From Conidiobolus incongruus B7586 (lineage: Eukaryota): DNA of 35,556 nucleotides. The stretch is taken from positions 1 through 35,556 of the forward strand of contig JNEM01012913.1 in NCBI GenBank assembly GCA_000697335.1. Reading direction: 5' to 3'. A program made the position numbers and the translations under genes. Below are positions 23,988-35,556 of this stretch, piece by piece (the first letter of the stretch is position 1; every line of letters starts with the position of its first letter). Under the pieces are notes generated by a model, which ran no database searches, had not been told where the DNA came from, and worked only from the letters and a program-made list of their open reading frames with translations.

Positions 23988-26900
23988 TGGATTTAATTAT
24001 TTGTATTCAGTTTCCAATTTGATGTATAATAAATTATTTTATATTTAATTAATTTGTTTGTTTTTAAATAGATGTGACTATTTTGAATTGACTTCGATTT
24101 TAAAAAATTAAATTTATTATTATTTGATTTTGTATGAATAATAAAATTGAAATATTGAAAATATGATATTGTTGATTATAAAATAATTTTACATTTTTTC
24201 TTTAAAATCAGGAGGGACAGAAAAATATCTCGTGGTGATGCATGCTTTTAGCTCTCATTATTAAAATAGAATTGTGAATATATCGTGCACATCAAAGACT
24301 AGGTTTTACCTTTTTAACTTTCTCATGAAATTACCTAACTTTATTCCCCAAAATTTATATGAATCAACTAAATTGAGTTATTTGAAAAATTTAAAATACT
24401 AACTAAACCAAGGATTTTTAAACCTAAAAAAGGAAATTTAGTAACTTTAACCAATAGGAATTGTACAATTTCAAAATAAAATATTTGTATTTATTAAATT
24501 CCCATAACTAAATATTAACTATTTTCCAAATATAGTAAATATCTAATACAAAATCACTTATTCACTCCTTCCATTCTCTTAATATAGTAATCCAATTACA
24601 ATCATCAAAGGTAAAAATAACTTAAAAAATTTATAATAGTAAACTTAATAAATTGAACTAAAATTAATAATTTCAAAATAAAAATAAATAATCAAATTAA
24701 AATTAATATAAATTTAATTCAGGTTAATTATTTGTTATTATTGAATTATAAGTTTTGGGATAAATTATTTAATATATATATAAAGTTTAAGTAATATAAT
24801 ATGAAAAAATCATTAATAGAATATTTATTCCAATTTTTATATTGTTGGTAAATTTGTATTAGTTTAAAGCCATTTATTAATTTATATAACTTGATTAAAA
24901 CATTTAAAATTTATATTTCAAGTCTAGTATAAATATTATAAATAATACCAATGATATATACTTCAAACTATTAATTATGACAATATCAATTTGAATATAA
25001 ACTTGTACATCATGTTATGATATAAATATTAATTAATTAAAGAAATTGAATTTAATATAATATTACAAAATATATATCCAAGTTATTAAAAATTTAAATC
25101 AAATCATACGTTTTTATAATATAAATTATTTTTTGAAAAAAAACTGAGTCATACAATTTTTAATATAATTAATATATAATTACTAAGTATTTTATTTTGT
25201 TTAATTAAGTTGTTATCCAATTATAATTTCCATATTTTAATACATGTATAAAATAAAAATTATATTTCTCTTAATTTATAGTACAAATATAGATTAAACA
25301 TTTTATTTAAGATTTATAATTCAATACTTAAATTTTAATATAAATTTTAGATAAAAAATAATTAATTAATATTAAATGAGTCGAAGCAAATCATTTATAA
25401 TGTTTAATAAGCAAAATATTAATATGTAATTATTCATTATTTTTTGGAATTTTTTTATAAATAAATGAATAAAATTGTAAATAATTTTAAATTTTATATG
25501 ATTTATAAGAAATTATTGTGTTTGATCTTCAATTTATAATATTTATATTTGCAATTTGTTTTATTATAAAAAGTTATTATAAAATTTATTTCAACTCAGC
25601 CATTTGATAATTAGATATATTAAACATTTTGAGATAATGATTTTCATTAATTATATCAATAATTTATATTTATTATACCTTGTTTAAGTGTTTTTCAATT
25701 ATCTATAATAAATTCAACTATTATCAAAAATATTCAATATAATTTTTGGTGTGATGTTGATAAAGTTACAAATTATATAATTACAAGTGATATTATTAAG
25801 AAATTATCTATTTGACATTTTATTGATTAATATTTAGATTTATTCTATGAAAGCATACTTAGTAATCAAGTAATCATTTTAACATTTTTTATATTTTGCA
25901 TTTTATTGAAATATCAAGAAATATAATATATTATTAAAAAATTTATTAATAATTCAATGAAAAAACAATATACTATAGTTGATTATTATTATCAAATTTC
26001 ATATATTTAAATTTCAATTATTATATTCAAAACTCATAATTTTAAAAAATAATATATAAAAAACTAAAAAATATATAAATTATTTGAGATTAAAATCAAA
26101 TAATTTATAATAATTATTAATTTTAAAAAAGATGCAATAATTAAAAATTAATATATTTCTTAGTATTACTAAAATAACAAAATATTCATAAGAATTTATA
26201 TAATATAATTTTTGAAATTTATAAAAATTATTACATGACTTTATAATTTTAAGTATTCATATAATTTATATCCTAGTATTTTATCAAACACTAATTTAGT
26301 TCATTTCAATTGTCTTATTATAATTCTACACTTTTAATATTAATCCATTTAGTTCCAAATTGATAGCTAACTTCATATTATTAATATTAAATTATTATAA
26401 AAAAGAGTTTAATAAGCGACTAATACATAATCTTCATATTATATAGCTTTCTAAAGTTACTTCTATGATTATTTGCATAATCAACTTCATGCCTATGATA
26501 TTATAAATATTATGTAACTATAGTCTCTATATGATCAGATCTTATATTTTCCTTAATGAAATCAGAAAGTAAATATTATTATTCATACTTCCTTGTAAAT
26601 CAACAAAGAAATGATGGCAAGACACCTATTATAAATTTATTCATAAAACAAAGATAAATATAGTTTTTAGAAAATTTACCAAGATATTCAAATTTATATC
26701 TTTAAAATTTTGAATTATTGTTTAAATCAAAATTATTTATTTTTTTATTATAAGAATTAATAAATTATTATATAATTTGTATTGACATAATTGACTATTA
26801 TTCATTAATGCTATGTATATTGTGATATTTTATATATTAATGAACTTTTTTTTTGAAATAAATTTATTAAAATTTCCAATATTTGAAATTCATCAGTTTT

Positions 26901-27185
26901 AAATTTGATTAAATTGAAAACATTTAATAATAAGAAATAGTCCAAGTGCTGGATGAATAATTAAATTGCAGCAATAATACTCCAAACCAAAATGACGTAA
27001 AATGATATCCCTTGCTGAACTTGGTAAAATGAATTCATTTATTAATCACCATTCAATCATCGCAAATAATTTGAATTTCCAAATTTAGAAATTGAGAACA
27101 TCAAGGAATTATATAAATATTGCATTCAAGAAATAAATTAAATAGAATAAATATTAATTGTATTTAATTAAAATTAATTATCATT

Positions 27186-27488
27186 ATGTCTGAACCAAAC
27201 AAAACTGACGCCGCTTACAACAAAGCTATGGGATCCGTTAAGGAGAACATTGGATATACTACCGGGAACACCGAATTAGAAGCGAAAGGGCATGTCCAAA
27301 ACAAGGAAGGGCATGCTGAACAGAAAGCTGCCGAAACTAAGGGATGGATTGAAGGAGTTATTGATTCAGTAGCTGGTACCATGAAGCATACTCTTGGCTC
27401 CATCACCGGTAACACATCCCAGCAGGCTGAGGGTAAGGCTCAGCAATTAAAAGGTGATGCTAAGAAAGCTGCTAATTCAGGTGATTAA
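27186..27488 (+). CDS. CsbD-like / Hmp1-family protein, copy 5 (100 aa)
   Basis: Colinear paralog about 22 kb from the array. TATATAAA at 27110-27117. Confidence 0.9.
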   Translation: MSEPNKTDAAYNKAMGSVKENIGYTTGNTELEAKGHVQNKEGHAEQKAAETKGWIEGVIDSVAGTMKHTLGSITGNTSQQAEGKAQQLKGDAKKAANSGD

Positions 27489-28055
27489 ATTTTATTAATA
27501 ATCTTGTAAATTATATAATTAATCAAATAAAATTTGCTATTATTAAAAATTAATATATTATATTCATTAATTATTAATATTTATTATGCTTAATATTTAT
27601 ATAGAAATATTATTCACCTTATTTAATTAAAATTTTTTAATCAAAATATTTTGTTACATATTTTATTCAGATTATATTCATATTAAAATAAGTGATCAAC
27701 TTAAACAATTTCTTACAATATAAAAAAATTACAAAAATAATAAACCTATACTTCACAATTTAATAAGGTTTAAATCCAATATTAACAATATATTAATATT
27801 TAGATGATTTAGTACTATTTTTCTTCAAAAATATCATTCCTTTTGAATATTATCATATTAAAAATATATATTATTCTACTAATTATAAATGAACTGATTT
27901 TAGTATAGATTATATTTTTAAATTTAATTTGTGAATATTATATTTTAAAAAAAGGGCGTAATATTAAATAAATTGATCAAAATATTAAATATAATTATAT
28001 TAAAATAAGAAAGAATGAAAATTATTGTTAAATTAATATAATTATTAATAGGTTT

Positions 28056-28059
<4 letters not shown>

Positions 28060-28095
<36 letters not shown>
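28060..28095. repeat. (AT)18 microsatellite
   Basis: 36-nt perfect alternation. Confidence 0.95.
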
Positions 28096-28097
<2 letters not shown>

Positions 28098-28236
28098 AAT
28101 TTTATTCCTATATACCCATAAATATATTATTGTTTAAGCTCTTGCAACGATAGGACTGTAATTATAAAACAATTGAATAAATTTTTTTAGAAAAAAAAAG
28201 TAATAATAAAAATTATGAAAAATGATAATAATAAAA

Positions 28237-28413
28237 TTATCTAGATTTGCAATCTCTCAAGTACTGCTCGTGTAATTTATGAAAATCATCAGTTGCAGCG
28301 GATTTAGTCCTCTTAATTTTAGGATTAGACTGGTAATTAATATTGAAGAAATTTTCCCCAATTTGACGATTCCAGTCATTCAATTTCGCCTGTATTTTTT
28401 GTAATTCAGTCAT
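28237..28413 (-). CDS. Unannotated 58-aa microprotein
   Basis: MTELQKIQAKLNDWNRQIGENFFNINYQSNPKIKRTKSAATDDFHKLHEQYLRDCKSR*. Locally GC-richer, AAAAAATG start context, TATATAAA at 28473-28480 (minus) and TGACATCA at 28502-28509 (minus). Confidence 0.7.
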   Translation of the reverse strand: MTELQKIQAKLNDWNRQIGENFFNINYQSNPKIKRTKSAATDDFHKLHEQYLRDCKSR

Positions 28414-28700
28414 TTTTTGTTTGATTCTTCAAATTCGCAAGCGATAATTCATAAAATTGACCAAAGTGTCTATTTATATATATTAATTAAGTGTTTAGAA
28501 ATGATGTCAAACTTTGAAAACAAATTTGAGTTTATTTGTCAATTGGTTTTATCATTCGATTTTATTTATCATAATTGTCTAATTTGGTCAAATTATGAAG
28601 GTAAATAAGATTTCTTAGTTTTAGTTTTAAAGAATATTCAATTCAAAAGAAAAAAATTATATTATGGTGCAAAATTATTATGAAATTAATTTTTTTAGTG

Positions 28701-28703
<3 letters not shown>

Positions 28704-28739
<36 letters not shown>
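28704..28739. repeat. (AT)18 microsatellite
   Basis: 36-nt perfect alternation. Confidence 0.95.
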
Positions 28740-28744
<5 letters not shown>

Positions 28745-28887
28745 GTTTTTTTAAAGATTAAATAGTGATTAAAATAAAAATTGACATATGAATTTAACTA
28801 GTGTTTATTAGAAAAAAAATTACAGATCATTATCATAATTAATATACAATATAAACAAATAAACAGGATTATTCAATCAATACTGGA

Positions 28888-29082
28888 TTAATTTTTTGCT
28901 TTGGATTGCTGATTCTCACCCTCTTCTTGAGTATATACATCTCCCACCAATCCTCCATATACCTTCTTGCCAGCTCCTTCAACATAATTTTTTATGCGTT
29001 CGCCAGTAGTTTGATTTGATGAATTATTGTTGTTATTATTATTATTGTTATTATCAGAGTGATGAATATTAGTTTGATTCAT
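28888..29082 (-). CDS. Single-repeat CsbD-like small protein with poly-Asn (64 aa)
   Basis: NYVEGAGKKVYGGLVGDVYTQEEG aligns with DSVAGAVKNTVGSLTGNTSQQAEG. Perfect CRE upstream. Confidence 0.7.
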   Translation of the reverse strand: MNQTNIHHSDNNNNNNNNNNSSNQTTGERIKNYVEGAGKKVYGGLVGDVYTQEEGENQQSKAKN

Positions 29083-29219
29083 GAATATAGGTTATTTAAT
29101 AATTTTAGACACAATAATTTTTTTAAAAAAAAATTATTAAAAGTTAATTATTGATTTCTGATATTATTTTTCATCTTTTTATACTCAGTTTTAAAATATT
29201 CATTTTTGAAATTAAAGAG

Positions 29220-29229
29220 ATGACGTCAT
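29220..29229. promoter_or_regulatory. CRE (ATF/CREB bZIP site) ATGACGTCAT
   Basis: Perfect 10-bp palindrome about 140 nt upstream of the 64-aa gene. Confidence 0.65.
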
Positions 29230-30061
29230 TGATGAATAATAAGATGATATGATTATCCATTTTTGAACTAATTTGTTTATAATAATGATATAATATTAAA
29301 TTAAAAAATTAAAAAATTTCAAGTTGAATTAATATAATATATTAGTTAGTTTAAAAACTTTATTGAGGAGTATGAGTTTTACTCTTTTCTCAAAATAAGT
29401 GGTTTTTATGGTTCAGGTACGAAAAAATTATTTTGATCTCCTAGGTCATGAATTTTTTTGAGGAAAAAACACTTGTTTAACAACATCATTTCTTTTAACT
29501 AATTTTAATTTTAATACAAATTGAAATTATATATAATTTATAATTTTTTGTTGTGATTTAATTAATGAATAAAAATTATAAAATTAATAAATTTAAGTAT
29601 AGTATTAACCCTAAACTCGTATTCAAATTCTAAATTAATACTTCACTATAAACTATAATTTAAAAATATAATATTAAAAAATATTACTTATAATTAAACA
29701 AAATTGAAGTGTTCAATTGAGAAAAATAAAACTTGAAAATAACAATATATATATTTATATTTGAAAATAGGATAAAATTATTGTTAATTATATTTGGAAT
29801 ATATTATATTATGAACTCAGTAATTTAACAATACTGTATTAAAAATTGGAATTAAGAGAATTTGATTGGTTTTGGTTTATCAATAAAAAATAGATTTTTT
29901 TTGTTGAAAAGTAATTAGTATTATTTAATAAATTAAAATAAACTAACTGAGAGACCATTCCCATAATTTTTTTAAAATTGAAAATTAAAATAAGTTAACT
30001 CTATATTATTAGTTAATCTAAATCAATTAATTAAAAATTCAATAATAATAATAATAAAATA

Positions 30062-30455
30062 ATGTCCAATACTCCTGAAGCTCTAAAATTTTCTAACAAG
30101 CAAGAAGCTATCTCAGTTCCTTCTGAACAATTTTTATCTCAAAAAGTAACTTGATTTTAATAAAATTTAAATTAATGTAAATATTAATGGATTTGTTTAG
30201 AGAGATCGTTGTTTATCCAATTTAATCGTTAATGGTGGTTTAGGTTTATGCTTAGGTGTTATCACTTCCGTCGTATTTTTCAGAAGTAAATAACTCTATT
30301 CCTTAGCATATTATTAATTTAATATTAAAAAAAATTATTTTTTAGGACGTGTTTGGCCCGTTTATTTGGGAACCGGTTTCGGTTTAGGTACTGCTTTAGC
30401 CGATTGTCAAAGATCTTTCCATATGGGTTTCCAATACCAAGAAAAGAAGTTGTAA
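30062..30455 (+). CDS. MIC10: MICOS complex subunit Mic10 (92 aa)
   Basis: Exons 30062-30145, 30201-30285 and 30346-30455. Sequence PSE..L.QK.DRCLSN, GLGLCLG..SVVFFRRRVWPVYLGTGFGLG.A..DC. Confidence 0.93.
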
Positions 30456-30599
30456 GAATTTCTTCTTTGGTAACAAATTAAAAAATTTAATAATTAAAAT
30501 TTAAATCAAATTCTTTCTTTCCAAACCTGAATCAATTTTGTATATTAATTTATATTTGCTCATCTTGAATTATATCTTGTAAATATACTAAAATATCAA

Positions 30600-32030
30600 T
30601 ATATAGACATGTTTTTAATTGGTAAGTTTTCCGATTCCATTAAGTACGTTAATATAGATTAATCCACTTGAAATATATTTAGTACAAATATTGATTTGGA
30701 TTAACAATAACACTTTAGATTAATTTTCAATAACGATCTTTCACATAATTAAAATATAACCAGATATTATTTTACTTATTTAGAACCTCCAATTTTAAAT
30801 TTGTTAGCATTCAGGTGGTAGCTTAATCATCCAAATGCTATTATAATACTCTATATACTCTAATTCATAACAATATTAATTCGTTGTCACTAATCTTTAC
30901 AGTTTATTAGCACTTAACAATGCAATAATTATTATTTTGAATGGAAAACATTAAAAAAATAACATATTCTGGTATGTTTATACAATATCAATTTTGATAT
31001 ACTAAATTATATCAAAATCAGATTAATTTGGACTTATGATACCAATAATATAATTTATCAATACCTCATAAGTAATGCATTTTTTTATTTTAAATATTTA
31101 GATATTTATAAAGCATTAACAGCATTTTATTTCATTAAATATTTCACAAATTTTAAATCATATCTTAATAATATCTTAATTACATGTATAGTTGTTTTTA
31201 TATTGAAATGAATAAATTAACAATTATAACTATTAAATTACATACAATTTAAATTATAGATGAAATTCCAAATCATTAACTTAAAATTGACGATGTTGAT
31301 TCTCTATCATTAATAGTATTCAAAATTAATTCAAAGCTTGCACCATTTTTATCATCAATAAAATCACTAAACTTTTTTCATTCACTTTACTCCTTATTTT
31401 TAAATTTTATATTAAATACAAGACTTATAATTGACTAGTGATTGATTGTTTAATTTCAAATTTGAGCCAATTCAACAAATCAATAAATTGAATTACATGA
31501 TTTTCATTATAGTTTTAATTGTATATTATCAGATATGAATATCATTAAAATTTATTGCAACTTTTGAAATCAATAGATATATTTAAATCTCTAGTGGATA
31601 TAAAATTGTTAAAGAACTGTAAAATTGTTACATTTTCTAAACAATATCCATCAAATAATTTTATTATTCCAATCGTTTAATTGAAATCAAGGAAAATCAA
31701 TCAAATTGTAATCACCATCAACATTATTTTGACTATAAATTAATGACATAAGCTTCGATTTATCTACAATAATTGGATTATCTAGTATTACTAAATTCTT
31801 ACACTTGTATGTGAAGTCTTATTTACTATTTAACCAACTAATTGAAAAAACTTTGGATTATTTCATACAAATTAAATACAATGCATTTTATTAATGAATC
31901 ATTAAATATAAATATGTATAATTATCTATTATCTTTATCTCAATATTTTAATTATTGAATACATTTAATAGAATTAATTACTCTGATATAATTAACTTAT
32001 TAAAATATGTTTTTGGTTGATAATCATTAT
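30600..32030 (-). pseudogene. Possible heavily decayed ORF, family not identifiable
   Basis: Short coding-like minus-strand runs (e.g. DFTYKCKNLVILDNPIIVDKSKLMSLIYSQ) broken by stops and frameshifts. Boundaries are approximate. Confidence 0.3.
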
Positions 32031-32523
32031 TACTTTATGATTATTCTATATTTTTAATAATTAATAATTTTCAAATAATTAAATAAAAGTAATAATACTA
32101 TAATACTATAATACTATATTATCAATATTATTTAGTTTTTTTTCAATTTTTTTTCAATTTGTTTTTCAAATTTGCAAAGTAATAATATTATTAAATTAAT
32201 CAAATTATCCAATATATTTTCTAATTAATAATTTTGTTTTTATATAGAATTTAAAGTTTATTCGCTAAAAAATAAATTTTATGATTTCATAATATTAAGA
32301 ATTTGGAGTTTAATCTTTAAAAACTACGCCCTTGTGAAAATCATCTAAGTATAATAATTTCCAATTTAACAATTTCAATATGTTAAAATTTCATTTAAAC
32401 TTGATTTCTAAATCTGGTAAAAACCTACAATTTATCGGATAATATTAAGGACTTGATATTTTTAAAAAGACATGCAATTACTAAATTTCATCCTTATTCA
32501 TATTTAATTACAAATAATAAGAT

Positions 32524-34572
32524 ATGATAAAGAGTTGTTTTAATATAATCAGTTTAATACTATTAAATTATTCTGTAAACGCTTTCTATTTGCCTGGGGT
32601 AGCTCCTCACTCCTACGAGAAAGGAGATTTAGTCCCGTTACACGTTAACTCTTTAACACCAAATTACGCTAGGAGCGATAATTCCGAATCGGTACTCCCT
32701 TACGAATATTATAATAAGGAATTCGGTTTTTGTCAGCCTAAGGAAGGTCCCAAACTCCAATCCGAATCTTTGGGTGGTATCCTTTTTGGGGATCGTATTT
32801 ACAACTCACCATTTGAAGTAAATTATTTTATTCATTATTTAATATTGTTGTATATAACATTTTAAAATTTAGATAAAAATGTTGGAACCTAAAACTTGTG
32901 AAATATTATGTAAATCGCCGATTAATGAAGATAATATTGAATTTTTAAGAGATAGAATTAAAGAGAAATACGCTCATAATTGGTTGATTGACGACTTACC
33001 AGCTTTATATCATTCTTCTAGCAGTGAATCTGAAGATGAATCGGAATCTATTTCTTTGGGGTTCCCACTCGGAAATAGTCGTGCTTCATCGGGTCCTCAG
33101 CTGTTGAATAACCATTTCGATATCACTATTCATTACCATACAACGAAATCCGGCAAACATAGAGTAGTCAAAGCTCAGGTTGAACCTAGGTCAATAGATC
33201 ACGGTGATGGTGAAAATATTCAATGCCCCAAGGATGCTGCACCTCTCAACCTTGTCGAAAATAGTAGGAAGGAAATTATCTATACCTATTCCGTCAGCTG
33301 GCAACATTCCGACATTTCGTGGGCGACGCGATGGGACTCTTATTTGAAAGTAACGAATTCCGCAGTACACTGGTTCAGCTTAATTAATTCTTCTGTCATT
33401 GTACTGTTCTTATCAGGAATGATCGCTATGATTATTTTTAGAACACTTTACAGAGATATTGCTAGATATAATCAGATTGACGCTCAAGTAATTATTTGAT
33501 TTTTATTTACTAACTTATAAATTAATATATTTTAATTTGTAGGAAGATATTCAAGAAGAATATGGTTGGAAATTGATTCATGGTGATGTATTTAGAACTC
33601 CTATTCACCACAGTTTATTGTGTGTGTTCGTTGGTTCAGGATGTCAGATTTTCTGTATGGCTGCTGTTACTCTATTATTTGCTGTTTTAGGTTTCTTATC
33701 GCCTTCCAACCGCGGTTCTTTAGTCACTGCACTAGTTACAACATTCATGTTATTTGGTTCGGTCTCTGGCTACGTGTCAGCCCGACTCTACAAGATGTTT
33801 GGAGGAGAAAATTGGAAATCAAATATGTTAATGACAGCTTTCGTATTCCCGGGCTTCGTCTTTTCCATCTTTTTAATCTTGAACTTTTTCCTTCTCGCAG
33901 CCGGATCTTCTGCTGCAGTTCCAGCTGGAACTATTTTTGGTGTTATTGCTTTATGGTTCTTAATCTCTGCACCCCTCAGTTTCACAGGTGCTTACTTTGG
34001 ATTTAAGAAGCCTCGTGTTATTCAGCCTGTTAAGACCAATCAAATCCCTCGTCAGATCCCTGATCAGCCCCTCTACCTCAGATTCCTTCCCACTATCCTA
34101 GTTGGAGGAATCTTGCCTTTTGGAGCTATCTTTATTGAATTATACCTGATCATGAATAGTTTATGGTTCCACAGATTGTACTATGTCTTCGGTTTCTTAT
34201 TTATTGTGTTTATTGTCCTATCAATTACTTGTGCTGAAATTACCATCCTACTCACGTACTTCCATCTTTGTTCCGAAAACTACAACTGGTGGTGGAGATC
34301 TTTCCTAACTTCGGGTACAACAGGATTTTACGCATTCTTGTATTCCATCATCTTCTTCATCTCCAGATTGAAGTCAATTTCCGGTGTTTCTGCGGTTATT
34401 TACTTTGGTTGGGCAATTGTCACATCTTCATTTATTTTTATTTTAACAGGTAATATTATATTATAATTATTCATAGTACAATTTGATTAATATTTTATAT
34501 TTAGGTACCATTGGATTCTTAAGTTGTTTAATTTTCGTCAGAAAAATTTATGGTTCTATTAAAATTGACTAA
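32524..34572 (+). CDS. EMP70: Transmembrane 9 superfamily (nonaspanin) protein, EMP70/TM9SF-like (627 aa)
   Basis: Exons 32524-32817, 32873-33487, 33543-34449 and 34505-34572. Motifs FYLPGVAP, WATRWD.YL, HWFSLINS, GWKLIHGDVFR, TNQIPRQIP, GGILPFG and C-terminal IKID. Confidence 0.96.
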
Positions 34573-35556
34573 TCATTATAATAAAATATATCAAATAGCT
34601 GAATATTATCCTTTGAATTTAATCAATTACAATATGACATATTTAACATTGATTGAATATTCATTACAAATACATTTGTTATCAAAATCAACTCTTACTT
34701 TGATTATAGATAGAATATATTTGAAATTCAATAATAATTCACATGATAATACTAATTGTAATGTTAATTAAAATTATTTTGATATATTTTGTGTAAAAAT
34801 TTAAATTATCTAAAATTAAAATTTAAATCTTATATTAATAATGTGTTGTGATTTAGTATCAAGAATTGGGTAAAAAGTTGGATGTTATTCTTGTTGGATA
34901 TACCAAGAGGTAGGAATATTTAAATTATAAAGTAGATTGCTTATAAATCACAAATATCCACAATGTCACTAATTAAAGATTACAAAAATTTGCTATTATC
35001 TTAGTTCTTAATCACTAATTAGTAAGTGATAAAAAGATTTAAGTGATTAATGGATTTGTGATGGAAAAAAGTGTGTTTATTATAGTGTTCTCAACTAAAG
35101 TTATATATCTAGAGTGATTTTTAAATTATGACTCACCTTTTAAAGGGTTAAAGTTTATTAATATTGAAATAAAGACTATAGATGGTTAATAAGGCTTTAT
35201 AATATATAAGTGAATTAAAAGTGATGACAATATTTTATAACATCATAGAAATAGGTTAATTATCAAATTACTTGCTTATAACACTTATTTTAATTCAAAA
35301 TAATATAAAATAAAATAACTAAAATAATATTAATATATCATTAATTAAATAGAGATATAATATTATAATATGACTTAGAGTTGATTTATGATATATAATA
35401 TATTTATTAATTTCTTTTAAAAATTTTCCTTAAAAAATTATTAAACTTATTAAACACAATATATATATTATAATTATTTTTATAATTATTTATATTTATA
35501 TTAATATATACTAGTGTTATAAATATATTATTTAAAATCTAAATCAAAATTTATTT

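Noticed and set aside
28417..28608. 63-aa plus ORF
   Set aside because: Non-ATG start, AT-rich, and overlaps the promoter of the 58-aa gene.
1424..34771. Antisense or off-frame ORFs (1424, 2487, 4113, 4260, 7822, 10102, 11963, 12051, 12527, 12836, 13783, 13841, 14204, 14751, 14815, 19618, 22836, 23691, 27215, 33620, 33788, 34268, 34550)
   Set aside because: They overlap better-supported genes and show no recognisable motifs.
34840..35190. Possible DEAD-box helicase remnant (VINGF...FLNYDSP)
   Set aside because: Only a faint motif echo with many stops; needs BLASTx before any call.
1..35556. CRISPR arrays, tRNAs, rRNA genes, intact transposons
   Set aside because: No repeat-spacer array, cloverleaf, extended rRNA match, or transposase/RT ORF seen.

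Overview
Very AT-rich eukaryotic DNA with short (~47-58 nt) GT-AG introns. It is probably a fungus, and an early-diverging one such as Entomophthoromycotina is plausible (inference only). Splicing by eye gives six intact intron-containing genes: RCHY1/Pirh2-like E3, BMT6-like rRNA methyltransferase, a CENP-P-like gene mostly missed by the ORF track, an RNF216-like RBR E3, MIC10 and a TM9SF/EMP70 protein. Between them are small intronless stress or secreted genes: five two-repeat CsbD/Hmp1-like copies (one broken by a single TAG at the Trp codon), a one-repeat relative, an unannotated 58-aa microprotein, two I78-type protease inhibitors, an S1 serine protease and an S/T/P/Q-rich secreted protein. 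There are decayed copies of GatB/PET112 and of an S1 protease. The main signals are a positioned TCCCATAAT motif before housekeeping genes, CRE (often with TATA) promoters before the small stress genes, the TAG-at-Trp CsbD copy, and two convergent genes sharing the palindrome CTATAG as their last two codons.
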